A model generated the notes under the pieces. The model did not search any database. It was not told where the DNA came from and saw only the letters and a program-made list of their open reading frames with translations. Positions 26,929 to 39,936 of a stretch of 64,000 nucleotides of DNA are shown piece after piece. Source of the DNA: the human T2T-CHM13v2.0 reference genome, Homo sapiens. The position numbers and the translations under genes are program-made. Numbering within the stretch: position 1 is the stretch's first letter; every line of letters starts with the position of its first letter. The DNA is taken from NCBI RefSeq assembly GCF_009914755.1, contig NC_060942.1; one strand, given 5' to 3'.

Positions 26929-28628
26929 TACCCTGAGAGCTGGGACCATGTTGCCTATGCAGTTATCCATCAGTAAATAAACACTTGGTTGATTCCAGTG
27001 CAAGGAAAAGGTTGACCCAGTTTGATTAACCTTCTGGGGTCAGCAGATTACTTTTGTCCCTTCCAATTGGTTTAATTCATAATGATTTTTATTTGTATCA
27101 GGTAGATAAATTATAATGTTGCATAGATGGAAAATGCTCTGTTGAATGGAAATCTGAATTTTCCTTATAAGGCTTAACATTTATAGTCTTACTGGGCTGC
27201 TAGATAGTTATTGGAAAAAAGAGAATGACACGTTCATGACTTAGTGGGGGGATTGCTGATTTGACTCATTTAACAATGGGGTCTGCCGATGGTGCATACA
27301 TCACAGATAGGAAAAATACTTTTTCTTCCACCCTCTCCAGAATACTTTAGGGTAAGGAGAACCAGAGAACATGTGTTAAATGAATCCAAATCAAACCTAC
27401 TAGTTATACAAATGATTTAAGCGTTATTGTGGAAATTTACATAAAACTCAGACTCAGCGTAAAACAGTACAAACACCAAGGCCAAATGAGTTACCACAGT
27501 AATAAAGTACACACAGGGCAACGTGCCTGTGATATAGGGAAGGCTGTCTTTAAAGTACTTCTGGAATGTCAGTTTCAGAAACTGAAAAAGATGCTAGAAG
27601 TTTGATTTTGTGTGATCAAACATCATTTAGAAGCTAAGGAACAGAAGGAATATTAAGGTACCCAAAGAATATTAAGGAACCTAGGAATGTTTGTGTTTGG
27701 GGTGATTAGAGCTTCTTGCAAGCTTAGAAGTAGGAAGCTAATGATAAGGGATCATAAAAAGAACAAAATAGATTGTTTTAACTCTGAAGGATTGTCTTTT
27801 TCTTTAGAGAAAATTGGATCACTTATAGGCAGCCAATCTGTTTAATAATCTGACTTTTATCATCCCCAACCAAAACATCCAGATGCATTTTGTTGCCTTC
27901 CCCTGTCTAATGTGAAATAGTGGTTCAGTATACTGTTCATTTTTCATTAAGAAATTGTCAGCTGCTGTTGACAAACAGGTAATGAGTTTGACACAGGATC
28001 GATGTGCTGTCAGTCTTGAGCACAGGCATGTGTTTATCTTGTAAGGTGGCTTTTTGCATGGGCTTAAAGAGTTGTTTTTGACTCCAGGGAACCTATGAAT
28101 AAACTTCATTCTAATAACGGTTTTACAAGTTTTGTCAAGTTTTTAAGAGAGATGATCAGTTTTTTGAACCGTTTTACTTTTTAGAGGGAGTTTGGAGTTG
28201 AGAATTAAACTTTGATACTTCCTGTTGTCCATCCCCTAGCCAACACACACATTATTATAATAACATTTACCGAGTGGCTTTTTTCTGTATGTTAACATTT
28301 ACATTGATGTTCCCATAGATTATAATTGAGAATTTTTAGGAAGGTTCTTCAAAATCGTTTGTTGCTTAACTCTGATAATTTTTCAATTTGGGCAGCTGGT
28401 TTGATTTTGCCTAAAACAAAAACCTCATCATTTAAATACAGTTACTTTAAACAATTAATGTAACAATAAACAAAATTCGGGAACTGTAACAGGAAAAAAA
28501 ATCACCCATGATCTTATTATCAGTAAAGCACTGTCATCATTTCTATATTTTTCATTCTCTTTTTTTCAAGGATCATGCTTAGTTTTGCATACACACATGG
28601 AAGGGCAGGCTGTAGCAGGAAGAGAGAC

Positions 28629-28739
28629 GGGATCACTCGCCCCTTTCTCTTTGGTGGTTGAGGCTTTCTAGCTGAGTGTAGCTGGCTCTCCGAAAGGCCC
28701 TGTGTCATGCTACAGAGACTAGGTCCATTCCCCAGTACC
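28629..28739 (+). repeat. Copy 1 of a 111-bp local direct duplication
   Basis: Aligns without gaps to 29753-29863 with 13 mismatches by manual count (about 88% identity). Confidence 0.93.
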
Positions 28740-28877
28740 TCTCCAGCCTAGTCTCTGAGGAGCCATCCCTGTCATCTGGGAGGCCTCTGCCTTCCTTCTC
28801 TGGTACATGGAAGCAGCAGAAGGAACAGGTGCCCTTCTGTCTTCTCTTGAGAAGTCCTCCCCTCCCTTCCTGTAAGG

Positions 28878-29362
28878 TGGCAGGCCTCAACATTTTTGGC
28901 ACCAGAGACTAGTTTCATGGAAGACAATTTTTCCACAGATGGGGTGGGGTGGGGATGGTTTGCAGGATGATTCAAGTGCATTACATTTATTGTGCCCTTT
29001 ATTCCTATTATTACATTGTAATATATAATGAAACAAATATATAACTCACCATAATGCAGAATCAGTGGGAGCCCTGAGCTGGTTTTCCTGCAACTAGACG
29101 GTCCCATCTTGGGGTGATAGGAGACAGTGACAGATCATCAGGGATTAGATTCTCATTAGGAGCGTGCAACCTAGATCCCCCGCATACACAGTTCACAATA
29201 GGGTGTGCACTCCTATGAGAATCTGACACTGCTGCTGATCTGACAGGAGGTGGAGCTCAGGCAGTAATGCTCGCGAGCCGCCACTCATTTCCTGCTGTGC
29301 CGCTAGGTTCCTGACAGGCCGTGACTGGTAGCAGTCCATGGCCTGTGGGTTGTGGACCCCTG
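28878..29362 (-). mobile_element. MER1A hAT-Charlie DNA transposon
   Basis: caacatttttggcaccagagactagtttcatggaagacaatttttccac...gtccatggcctgtgggttgtggacccctg; partial TSD ctgtaagg/atttaagg. Confidence 0.9.
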
Positions 29363-29411
29363 ATTTAAGGGACATCAGGAAAGTCCAGCTGGGTTCCTGT
29401 TAGGATGCTGG

Positions 29412-29667
29412 TTTTTTAGACAGGGTCTCACTCTGTTGCCAAGGCTGGAGTGTGGTGGTGCCATCACTGCTCACTGCGGCCTTGACCTCTTGGTCAAGGC
29501 TGTGATCTTCCTGCCTCAGCCTCCTGAGTACATGGACTACAGGCATAGTGCCACCACACCCTGCTAATTTTTAAAATTTTTGTTGAGTTGGGGGTCTCAC
29601 AGTGTTGCCCTTGGGGTCTTGAACTTCTGGGCCCAAGGTATGCTCCTGCCTCAGCCTCCCAGAGTGC
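29412..29667 (-). mobile_element. AluJ
   Basis: ttttagacagggtctcactctgttgccaaggctggagtg...cctgcctcagcctcccagagtgc. Confidence 0.9.
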
Positions 29668-29752
29668 ACCCAAACGTGGTGTTTCAGACATGCCACAATG
29701 CTCCACTGCAGATCTCACTCCACACCTGACCAGGGGAGCAGCCCAAGGTCTT

Positions 29753-29863
29753 GGGATCACTCACCCCTTTCTCTTTGGTGGTTGTGGCTCTCTAGCTGAG
29801 TGTTGCTGGTTCTCAGAAAGGCCCAGTGTTGTGCGGCAGAGACTGGGTCCATTCCCCACTACC
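29753..29863 (+). repeat. Copy 2 of the 111-bp local direct duplication
   Basis: gggatcactcacccctttctctttggtggttg...gtccattccccactacc matches 28629-28739. Confidence 0.93.
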
Positions 29864-30559
29864 AGCCCGGGCACCCCTCACTCGTGGGCCCGCCTCTTTC
29901 CTCTTTGTCTCCCATCCCTGGCTTGGTTTCCTGGAAGAATGCCTTGAGAGAAGCTGCAGCCAGTTTGTGCTGGTGAGGAAAGCATAGTTTTCAGAAGCTT
30001 GTCCTCTGGTCCCCATCCTGCCTGTCTTCCCACTTGGGGTGGGAGGCCTGGGGAGATCTGCCTGTTCTCACTCGCATGGCCAAGCTGATCCTGGTGTCTG
30101 TTGTTTGTCTGGCCTGCTCTCCTGGCCAGCGCCCAGGATGTGCTTCCTTAGTGCTTCCACATGTGAGTGGCTGGGCTGGGGTGGGTTAGTCGAGGTTGTT
30201 CTCACTGTCAGCACCTCTCTGATCAAACAGAAGTACAGAGAGGGAGGTTCTGCATTCACAAAAAATCAGAAGGGTATTAAACGTAATATGTTTGAGTAGA
30301 TGCCTTAGAAATAGAATTCACAGCAGAATGCCCTCTTTCCAGTAGAGAATAATTCAGGACCCCATACTGTAGCATGGTGGAGCATGTTTGGAAGTCACCC
30401 ATCCCCATTATCAGTGGAAGTGCCGAGATCATTATTCTGAGCACAGGATCTTTTTCTAAGAGGATTTTATGGTTTTAAAGGGAGTTTGGAAAAGGGACAT
30501 TTGGGAAGCTTGAAGTGATGGGACAGAAATATCGATTTGTAGGTTGAATAATTAGACTC

Positions 30560-30777
30560 CTCCTCGATGTTCAGGTCTTGCTGCAGTGTCCCCTGCTTGA
30601 TGATTTTCTAGTGGCTGCAATATATGACCATTATACATTGCAGAAGTTATAGTTATTTGTTTAAACACCTTTCTCCTCTGTTAATCTGTAAGCTCTTTAA
30701 AGGCATAACCTCCCCTTTTTCTTTTATTTCCCTGGAGCAACTATTATACATACAATAAAGATTTATTGAAATGAGTC
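30560..30777 (+). mobile_element. L2 3' end fragment
   Basis: ctgtaagctctttaaaggc...caataaagatttattgaaatgagt resembles the L2 terminus. Confidence 0.55.
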
Positions 30778-32964
30778 AGATAGTGTCTTCTTATTTTTGG
30801 GAAAAAACATAGTTTTCCAGAGTAAATTTAGAAGTTATTTGCTTAATTGAAAAAATATAATCCTTAATCAAAAAACTTAATTTTAAAGAGGGTTTGCACC
30901 AAGCTTAAACACTGGTGTGTGTGTGTAAATATGCATTTTTAAATGTAATATATGTGTTTCTTTCTCCTTTCCGCTGGTATAAGCATTTCGTGAGAAGAGG
31001 ATAATCATCAACCGCTTGAGTTAATCTGGGGGAATGTCTGGGAAGTGGGAAGTTGAGGAATGCCGCATTGTTGAATACATTGAGAGCATTTCTGGTTTCA
31101 ATTTGGTTTACCTACTCTTGGTCTGGGAGATCTGGAATGCTGCCCTGGACTTTCGGTTTTGTGTGAATTGGCTCTGAGGAAAAGGATTGCTAGAATTAGC
31201 TGTTGGAATGAGGAGCGGCAGAGACTGGGCTCTTGAGAAGCGAGTGGACTGGAATCTGTTCTCTGAGATGTTGCCTTGAATCTGACTTGTTGATGACAGA
31301 CCCATATTGGAAATATTATTCCACTGTTAATAAGAACATTTTATTTTCACATGCAACTTGTTAAATATGTAGCCAAAAATCCTGAAACAAAACAAACCCC
31401 CTCTCCACTCAAAAAACTTTTCTGGAAGTGGTTACTTAATAGTGCACATTTCAATAGACCGTTGAATGAAACACTAAGATAAAGAAAATGTTCCCTGAGG
31501 GAAGAGTCCTGAGTTAATGGCTTAGAAAGGTGTTGTAATCAACTAAGTTTTCATGCCTCTTTCTTCTTCTCATTACTGCCATTTCCCTTATTCTGATTTA
31601 CTGATTATTTTTTTGAATAATACATTTTAAAAGAGTATTTGTTTCTCTCACTTTAACTCAGATTTATCACAGTTTGAAACTTCTATTTAGTATAGTAATA
31701 AAATTAGTTTTAGTAGGAGTAGTAAATTGAGGATGTGACAAGTGAATAAATTACTGAAGGCTCAAAACAAAAAGCAATACAAAAAACCTGAAAGGAAAAA
31801 AACCCAAAAATAAATCCCCAAACCTGTTTGCCCACATCTACTATCTTTCAGAACCAAGTAAGAATCTCAGTTCTGCAGCACCTTTCCTCGTTCTTCTTTT
31901 CATAGTTTGTACCCTTTGATTTGTGATGCCTTTTACTTCACCCCAAACCCCCGTGACATTTAAGATGCGTGCTATACAAAATACGGTTCCTGGCTAACCA
32001 GCACCATAACGCTTGTTAAGCTTTTTCTATTCTGCAGAGGCGATAGCTCTGAAATATAGAAGTGATTGCATTAAATCCTTGGCTGGCAATTTTGTGTGGG
32101 ATTGGGTATTGAAATGCAGCAAAGCAAATAATGAAGGCATATGTTTACCTATAATTCTTTTTTACCTTGGGAGAAGGATTAAATAGGAACAGTTTGGTTG
32201 TTGTCAAATTCTTAACAGTTGCTTTCAAGCATGAAACAGTCCCCGGGCTCTCGGAGGATTTACTTAGCAGTTTGAATAGAGAGGTCTTTACTGCTAATGG
32301 AACTGAGATGGCAGGCTTAAGCAATGGGGTGCTTTATAGCCTCTTTAGCCACTTGAGAAGATGTAACATCAAATAGCTGAAACCATCCTGATCTCCATTG
32401 GTGTTTAGGAAGTTGTGCAAAGATTGGTGAATAAATAATTCAGGGTTGTATGAATGTCTGGATGCCAGGAATGTTGAGAGTATCTAAAAGCTTGATTCAC
32501 AGAGGATTTAGTTCTGGGAGAAACTCTGGAGCCCCTCCTTGAGCTTGGCACCAGGGAACATTTACAGATGATGACATTTTCTAAGAAAGAAAGAACTTTC
32601 ACTTGGGATTGACTGGGCTTTGTAAAGCAACATTTCACTGGGGACTCCAGTCCCGGAAAAGTCTTATTTGTAAAATAAAGAATATTTTCAGTACAGATGG
32701 TTGGCAGTTGCTGCTGTGTGTGTGTGAATGTGTGTGTGTTTAAAATACAGGATGGTGATGATTATTTAGGGTCTTAAATAACCATTTAAGTTCTGTACTA
32801 TTTAATGGTTAAGCTTTAAGAAATCACTTGTTGAAGACACAGGGGAGAAGTAGTCACAGTTTGTCTGTTGAAGCTTCTGCTTCACGCTCTCGTCATCTGT
32901 TTCAGACCTTAGTAAAGACGTCCCGAATGTGTTGTCCAATGAACAGGTGGGCAGCAGGTGTTGG

Positions 32965-33305
32965 GGACCCACTGGATATATGAATATTCACAAATATTCG
33001 GACTCTCCTCCTGCGCATAGAGTAGATAGCAGTTCCCTGTTCATTTGGACATAGGCGTGACCATATGACTTGCTTTGGCCAATTAAATGTCACTTCTGAG
33101 CAGAAGCAGGAAAGCTCGTGCTTGTTTCACCACATCCTGTGCCATGGAAACTTGCAGTTGATTCTTCAGCCCCAGGGTGAGGATGACTTGGAAAAGAGCT
33201 CCCAGCTGATGGCCAGTGGGCATGGAGGGTGCACAAGAAGTGATATGTTCCTTGATATTTTGTGATTGTTACTGCAGCATGACTTAGCCTGCCCCGATGC
33301 ATACA
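32965..33305 (+). mobile_element. MLT1 (MLT1I/J-like) LTR
   Basis: ggcgtgaccatatgacttgctttggccaat...gtcacttctgagcagaagc...ttgttactgcagcatgacttagcct...ataca. Confidence 0.75.
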
Positions 33306-33829
33306 ACCTATAAAGTACTAGATTTTTCTCTAGGAGAAAACCACTCAGGCGGTCCATGGGTGTTTCCCTACCTTAGGCTGAATAGAGAACTTCCCATGGT
33401 GATGTGGTGGACAGGAGTTAGGGCAGAGAAACCGCTGGCTGCTACACAGGAACCACTGTACCAGGCATTGGCCTTTCTCCTTTGTTTCTTGTTGTCTGTT
33501 TCCCATAGGTTTCTACAACATTCTTTCTCTTCCTGCTTCTACCCGCTAAGTCTGTTTCTATCCTTTGCATGGTATCTTGGTGGGAATTCTCAATTTTATG
33601 CTAACCAAACATGGAAAGCAGCTTCTGTTCTTCCATTACATGACTCAGAATGCCTGGACCCCCGACCCCTCTTCTCTGCCACAGATGAGGACAACTCTGT
33701 GTCCTAGAGTGGGTGAAAGTGCTTGTAATTGCCAAGTGAGGGAGATTCACATGCTTTCATCAAGCCAGAGCTGGGCGGCTGGGGAATCGGATTCTAGACC
33801 TATTATCCTTAGGTGCATTGCAGTGCTTG

Positions 33830-34030
33830 AGAGAATCTGCTTTTCACAAATGTTTTCCACTCTTCACAAAACTCTTGGGAATTGGAAATATAATGCACAC
33901 TTTATAGCTGGGAAGTTGAGGCTCACAGAAGGTAAGTACTGTGCTCAGATCATCACATGGACATGATATCACTGAAGCAGCTCCAAGAAGTCTCTCATTC
34001 CAAGATGTACACTCTTTCTACTGCTGTATT
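33830..34030 (-). mobile_element. MIR
   Basis: cttcacaaaactct...tttatagctgggaagttgaggctcacagaaggtaagtactgtgctcagatcatcac. Confidence 0.65.
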
Positions 34031-34147
34031 ATACACTTCTGAGTGTGATTAAATAGGCATAGTTGAAAGAGGCAGTAATATTTGAACCTATCAAAAGCCA
34101 GTTCAAATAGATCATAACAGTAATACAGCAACAATAAAATAATAATA

Positions 34148-34290
34148 GGCTGGGTGCAGTGGCTCACACCTATAACCCCAGTGATTTGGGAGGCTCAGGA
34201 GGATTGCTTGAGGCCAGGAGTTTGAGACCAGTCGGCAACCTAGTGAGACCCCGTGTCTACTAAGTAAATAAATAAATAAATAAACAAAAC
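34148..34290 (+). mobile_element. FLAM_C-like Alu monomer with (TAAA)n tail
   Basis: ggctgggtgcagtggctcacacctataacccc...ggaggattgcttgaggccaggagtttgagacc; TSD-like ataaaataata on both sides. Confidence 0.88.
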
Positions 34291-34299
34291 TTTATAAAA

Positions 34300-34500
34300 T
34301 AATAGCAGCTAAAACTTACGCAGTGCTTATTGTATGCTGCAATATTCTAAGGCCTTTAAATTTATTAATGCATTTAATCCTCATAACACTGTGAGTAAAT
34401 ATTCATATGAGGCAGTAGAGGCACAGAGAGGTTAAGAAACTTGCCCAAGGTCACATAGCTAATAATTGGTAAACTGGGATTTGAACCCAGACTCTAGAAT
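34300..34500 (-). mobile_element. MIR
   Basis: gcagctaaaacttacgcagtgcttattgtatgc...catttaatcctcataac...gaggcacagagaggttaagaaacttgcccaaggtcacatagcta...gggatttgaacccag. Confidence 0.85.
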
Positions 34501-34556
34501 CCTTGATCTAAAGAACAAATGTTTGAAACTCTGTTAAATTAAGACTAAAAGAGTAT

Positions 34557-35410
34557 TTTTTAAAGAAGAGCAGTTTTATGTTCACAGCAGATTTGAGAAG
34601 GTGCTAGAGTTCCCATATAGCCCTGCCCCCACACATGCATAGCCCCCCATTATCAACAGCTCCCACAGAGTGGTGCATTGTTAAAGCTGATGAACCCACA
34701 TTGACATGCCGTTATCACCCAGAGCCACAGTTTACATTAGTGGGCCACATTTGATGTTGAACATTATGTGGGTTTGGACAAATATGTAATGGCATATATC
34801 TGCCATTATAGTATCCTACAGGGTATTTTTACTGCCCTAAAAATCCTCTGTGCTCCATCTATACATCCATCACCTGATTCCAACCCCTGACAACGACTGA
34901 TCTTTTTGCTTTCTCCATAGTTTTGCCCTTTCCAGAATGTCGTATAGTTGGAATCCCAAAATACGTAGCTTTTTCAGATTGTCTTCTTTCACTTAATAAT
35001 ATGCATTTAAATTCCCTCCATGTCTTTTTGTGGCTTGATAGCTCATTTCTATTTAGTGCCTAATAATACTCTCATCATCTGTATGTACCACAGTTTATCC
35101 ATTCACCTACTGAAGGATATCTTGGTTGCTTCCAATTTGGCAAATTCTGTATAAAGCTGCCATAAACATCCATGTACAGGTTTTTGTGTGGACATAAGTT
35201 TTCAACTCCATTGGATAACTATCAAGAACTGTGATTGCTGGATCATATGGTAAGAATGTGGTTAATTTTGTAAAAACCTGCCCAACTGTCTTCTAAGTGG
35301 CTAGACCATTTCTCATTCCAGTGATGAATGAGGGTTCCTGCTGCTCCATATCCTAGCCAGAATTTGGTGGTGTCAGTGTTCGAGATTTTGACCATTCTAA
35401 TAGATGTGTG
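34557..35410 (-). mobile_element. L1MC1-like LINE-1 3' end
   Basis: agcagttttatgttcacagcagatttgag...ccctaaaaatcctctgtgctcc...tttatccattcacctactgaaggatatcttggttgcttcc...gctggatcatatggtaag. Confidence 0.88.
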
Positions 35411-36509
35411 AGAAGAATATTCTAAAAATTGAATTTTTATAAATAATAACATGGCCTGCAATTTCTGAAATACGTAGTGTATTTGTTCTTTTTTTTTGGT
35501 TTAAGAATCCTAAAATATGTACTGTGTATATGCATTATTCCTTTATCGATCAAGCTTCTAGCTACTTCCTCTACCCTCTCACACCCTCCTTACCATAGCA
35601 GCCATGGTTCATGGTCAGGCCTCTCATATGCTGCTATGAGAGGAATTGATACTGGGCTCCCAGGGGTCTATACTGGGTTTTCTGTGGTCTGTGCTGGACT
35701 CCCTTATTTACCTGTTTTGTCCTTTCAAAAAGGCTATTAACAGGGCTCTTGTCTGTATGATGTAAACAATTAGAAGGAAGGACACCCTAGATAAATACCT
35801 TGGGATGGTGCTGAAATTTGTTAGTCATCAAGAGATGCTGTCCTGTGGAACCCTAGGGAGTCAGGGTGGTTACAGAATGGCAAGCCCCAAGTCAGGCCTG
35901 CTGCCCTCCTGCAGGGCTGGAGAGGACAGTGAGATGGGCATAGGAGAAAATGACGTCCCTGCTGAAGTCAGTTTCAGCATCAGGCAGCAGGTACATGGTG
36001 CTGCTAGGGGAGTAGGGGAAGGTAGATTCTTGTATTTTTCTTTTAATCTGAGAGTTGAGAGTGAAATACTTCACTAGGCCCAGCTTTGTGTATGTGTCTG
36101 TTGAGGAGAGAGAAAGAGAATAAAAATTGGGCTTGTTGAAACAAGCCAAAGTTCAGCCAAGTTCTCATCTGAACCTCTAATCCCTCCAAGATTTTTTTTC
36201 CAGGCATAAGAAGAAAAATCATTTTCTAAAACTTTCCATTTCTGATTTTTCTGTGATTCTGGGCAGTCAAACTTGTGTAAAATTTTTATGATACCTTTTT
36301 ATTTTATAAATTCTCAGCATGTTAAACTTGCTTATTTTAGTTTGAATTTTTGGAAATTATAATTTTTCTATTACTCTTCTTGGCATAAGGTAATTTCTTG
36401 TTGGGGTGATATTTTACAATTTAGTTACTTAAAACGATTTTGCTTTTAGTGTAAATCTTACCTTTTTTTGGAAAAATATGTATTGGGTGTCAGAATCACT
36501 TTGTTTTTA

Positions 36510-36930
36510 ACCCTTTTTCTGATTATGAGTCTAATATTGTTATTGTAGGAAAAACTAGGAAATACCAGAAAGTATTAAAAGGAAGATAAAACATACTACC
36601 TACTCAAAGTAGCACTACTAACAATTTGTTGTATTTTTGCAGATTTCCATGCACGTATATATGTATTATACATGTGTACTTACTGTTGTGTATAATAGTG
36701 AATACAGCTATATAGGCAGTTTTTACAGCCTGCCTGTTTCAGTGGTCGAGATCATCATGATTTTTCCATGCTTTGAAATAGTCTTAGAAAATATGATTTT
36801 TAATAGCTGCATGTGACTTTAATACTATTCCATAATTTATATATTATTTTTTGGGTTGTTGGTATTTAGGCTCCTAACAGTTTTTCATTATTAATAATGT
36901 TACCTTGAGTGTCTTTGCTTGCATTTTTTA
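36510..36930 (-). mobile_element. Old L1ME/L1MC 3' fragment
   Basis: ttattgtaggaaaaactaggaaatac...ttttaatagctgc...tattccataatttat...gttggtatttagg. Confidence 0.6.
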
Positions 36931-37299
36931 TGAGGCTTAACAGTTCAGGTAAGAGGCCTAGAATATTAAAAATAACTCTTATTCACAAGCTCCTCCCATG
37001 TGACAGGTGTTTGACACTTTACTTACCCCCAGAACAAGCATGTGAGGTAGGTGGCATTGTTCCTCCTAAAAAAACAAACTGGTGGCTGCAAGCTGGTCAG
37101 CCATGGAGGTGGACACAGGACTTTCTGGACCAACCCCAGCTCTTTCTTGCTGCACTGTTCTGCCTTGGGCACACTTGGAGTGAACTGTGAGACCAAATTA
37201 TGAGAGAAGGACTATAGAAAATCATGCAGGGGGTGGGGGTAACTATTATGATGAAACATACTGGCCAGTACTGGTGGATCTGAAACTGGATCAGGCGGT

Positions 37300-37490
37300 G
37301 TATACTGGAAACTATTATACAGATCCTCTTTCCCCTGCCTCTGGGATTTTACATTTTAAAAATAAGGTCTCCTGAAGCAAAGTGATTTGCCTGAGGCCAT
37401 ACAACTAACTATTTATAGCGGTGAGTGGGACCTTAACTCCCAGCAACTGCTTTTCCCAGCAACTGCTCTTCCATGTTCTTTCCACTGTGC
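37300..37490 (-). mobile_element. MIR fragment containing a 16-bp tandem duplication (37438-37469)
   Basis: aagtgatttgcctgaggccatacaacta; tcccagcaactgcttt / tcccagcaactgctct. Confidence 0.55.
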
Positions 37491-37629
37491 TTGACTCTAC
37501 AGGCTTCCCAAAGGATGAAGGCTAGAGGTCTGAACTCTGTATTCATAATAAGGTCAGAGTACATCCTTAAAGGGACATCTCCCCTAGTTATCTAGTTTGA
37601 AATCAGTTAGCCTCTACTGAACTATGAGG

Positions 37630-38150
37630 ATGGCAGTACTGTAGACTGACTGACTGGATTTTGATCCTAGTTCTACCTTTTTCTTGTCGTGTATCCTGGG
37701 CAAGTTTCTTAACCTCTTTGTGCCTCAGATTCTGCTTTTTTTTTTGGGACAGGGTATCACTCTGTTGTCCAGGCTGGAGTGCAGTGGCGTCATCATGGCT
37801 TACTGCAGCCTTGACTTCCTGGGTTCAAGTGATCCTTCTCCCAAGTAGCTGGGACTGTAGGTGCGTGCTGCCACATTCAGCTAATTTTTGTATTTCTGGG
37901 TAGAGATGGGGTTTTGCTACGTTGCTCAGGCTGATCTTGAATTCCTGAGCTCAAGCAATCAGCCCACCTTGGCCTACCAAAGTGCTGGGATTACAGGCGT
38001 GAGCTACCGCACTCGCCATCAGATTCTGCTTTTATTAAATAGAGACAGCAGTAGTATCTACTGCATGAGATTGTTGCGAAGGCTGCATGAATGCACTGTG
38101 CAGAGCTCCTAGAACAGTGCTGGGCGTGTAGCAAGCCTGGTGTAGGTGTA
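37630..38150 (+). mobile_element. MIR split by an AluJ insertion
   Basis: ctgggcaagtttcttaacctctttgtgcctcag before the Alu; agtatctactgcatgagattgttgcgaaggctgcatga...agaacagtgctggg after it. Confidence 0.75.
37736..38017 (-). mobile_element. AluJ
   Basis: Antisense Alu; TSD tcagattctgctttt (37725-37739, 38019-38033). Confidence 0.93.
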
Positions 38151-38185
38151 GTGAGCCTGGTGTGTGTGTGGCGAGCCTAATGTGT
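38126..38185 (+). repeat. Degenerate minisatellite, 3 x 20 bp
   Basis: gtgtagcaagcctggtgtag / gtgtagtgagcctggtgtgt / gtgtggcgagcctaatgtgt. Confidence 0.8.
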
Positions 38186-38761
38186 GTATCAGCTGCTGCT
38201 GCTGAGTAACCAGGCACATTCCCTCTGCTGTTCCTCCATTAGCTACTATTTTCAAGGAACTCAAAATGATCACTTTTTGCCTCTAACAGAATTTACAGAA
38301 ACTCTACAAGAGCTTGAAATGCACCTATAGTGGTCAGGGAGCGTATATATTTAGGGAGAGTAATAAGATAAAATCTTTCATGAAAAAAGCTTTTAGAAGA
38401 CTAAGAAAACATAAAGGTCTTTTTAAGCAGGCATCAGAATGTCATCTCGAATCTGTTTCCTTTGTTTCTTGATAGGAAAGTAGTTAAAACAACCTAATAG
38501 CTTATCAATAAATCAGAAGTTTCCAGATTTCCTGATTTGCTTTTGCTTGCTAGTAATTTTCCCGACTCTTATCAAATTGGATACAAATAGATGTTTTTAA
38601 AAGTCAAGTTGCCCACACTATTTGATTCTGTTTGCTATTTTTGGCTTAAAAATGAAGAAGAAATATGGCCTAATTCTTGCCCTGTGGTGAAATTATATTG
38701 CAAGGTAAGAGAATAGAAAATAAAGCTTTTCATTATCACCTCTCCATGACCTCTTGAATGA

Positions 38762-39076
<315 letters not shown>

Positions 39077-39149
39077 AAGGGGGTTTGTTCATCAAGATAG
39101 ACTTCCTCTGTCTCTATCAATAACTGGCAAAGTTGCAGTGAGACCAGTT

Positions 39150-39320
39150 ACTAGTGGTCAGTGTGTGACATTGGGGCCCATGAGCCTGGGTTTGAAACCC
39201 AGGTCCTCGGCATCCAGCTGAAACAGCCGTTTCAGCCTCTCAGCTTCATTTTCCTGTAATATAGAGAAAATACTTCCTACTGTGAGGCTAAAATGCCTTA
39301 ACATTCATAAAAGCATCTAA
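39150..39320 (+). mobile_element. MIR
   Basis: tagtggtcag...gcctgggtttgaaacccaggtcc...cctctcagcttcattttcctgtaatatagagaaaatac. Confidence 0.65.
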
Positions 39321-39936
39321 TGCTAGGCTCTTGTAATTTTAGCACCTTTTCCTCTGATGACATTCACTGGGAAAAGGAAAGGCTCTGTAGCCCCGTCTTC
39401 AGAACTAAATTCTCCAAAGCAGGACTTCATTCTAGGCTTGCTTTTAAACAAGATTATTTCCATATACCATCCAATCAGGTAATATGACATAGGAAATGCC
39501 CTTCCCTCTGTGAGACATGCACTCGCGTTTGGCAAAGACTGTGGTCACCACCTTCATTTAAAAGGGTTTAATGATCTTTGGACTTTAGCAGACTCCATAG
39601 AGTACAGCCCTGATGGACAGAGTTTAGGCAGAGAGAATATTTTCCATTTCATAATCTCATACACAGGGACCTAAATTCCACTATCAGGGACTTCTTTAAT
39701 GACTCCAACTGTCAGCCTGGACATGAGTGACCTGAAGAACCTGTATGGAGAGTGGAAGGGGCATACAGATGACTTCTGCTGGTATGACCCTCTCCCCTCT
39801 CCCAGCCACACAGCTGGTGGCTTCACAAAGAGCTAGGTTAGCAGTGAGGTTGTCCTGTGTACAATTTCAGTGCCCCTTGCTCAGGGTCTAAGCCTGACCC
39901 ATGTTGCTGCAGATTGTACACTGGGGTTATCTGGGT

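Noticed and set aside
28670-28710. ctgag...ccgaaaggcc resembling a hammerhead ribozyme core in the duplicated unit
   Set aside because: Lacks the CUGANGA core, has no GAAA correctly placed after stem II, and the second copy changes ccgaaa to cagaaa
33297-33966. 136-aa and 133-aa ORFs
   Set aside because: No recognisable domain, non-ATG starts, ends in MIR; lengths expected by chance in 64 kb
38498-38507. TAGCTTATCA identical to the 5' end of miR-21
   Set aside because: Only 10 nt match and no precursor hairpin
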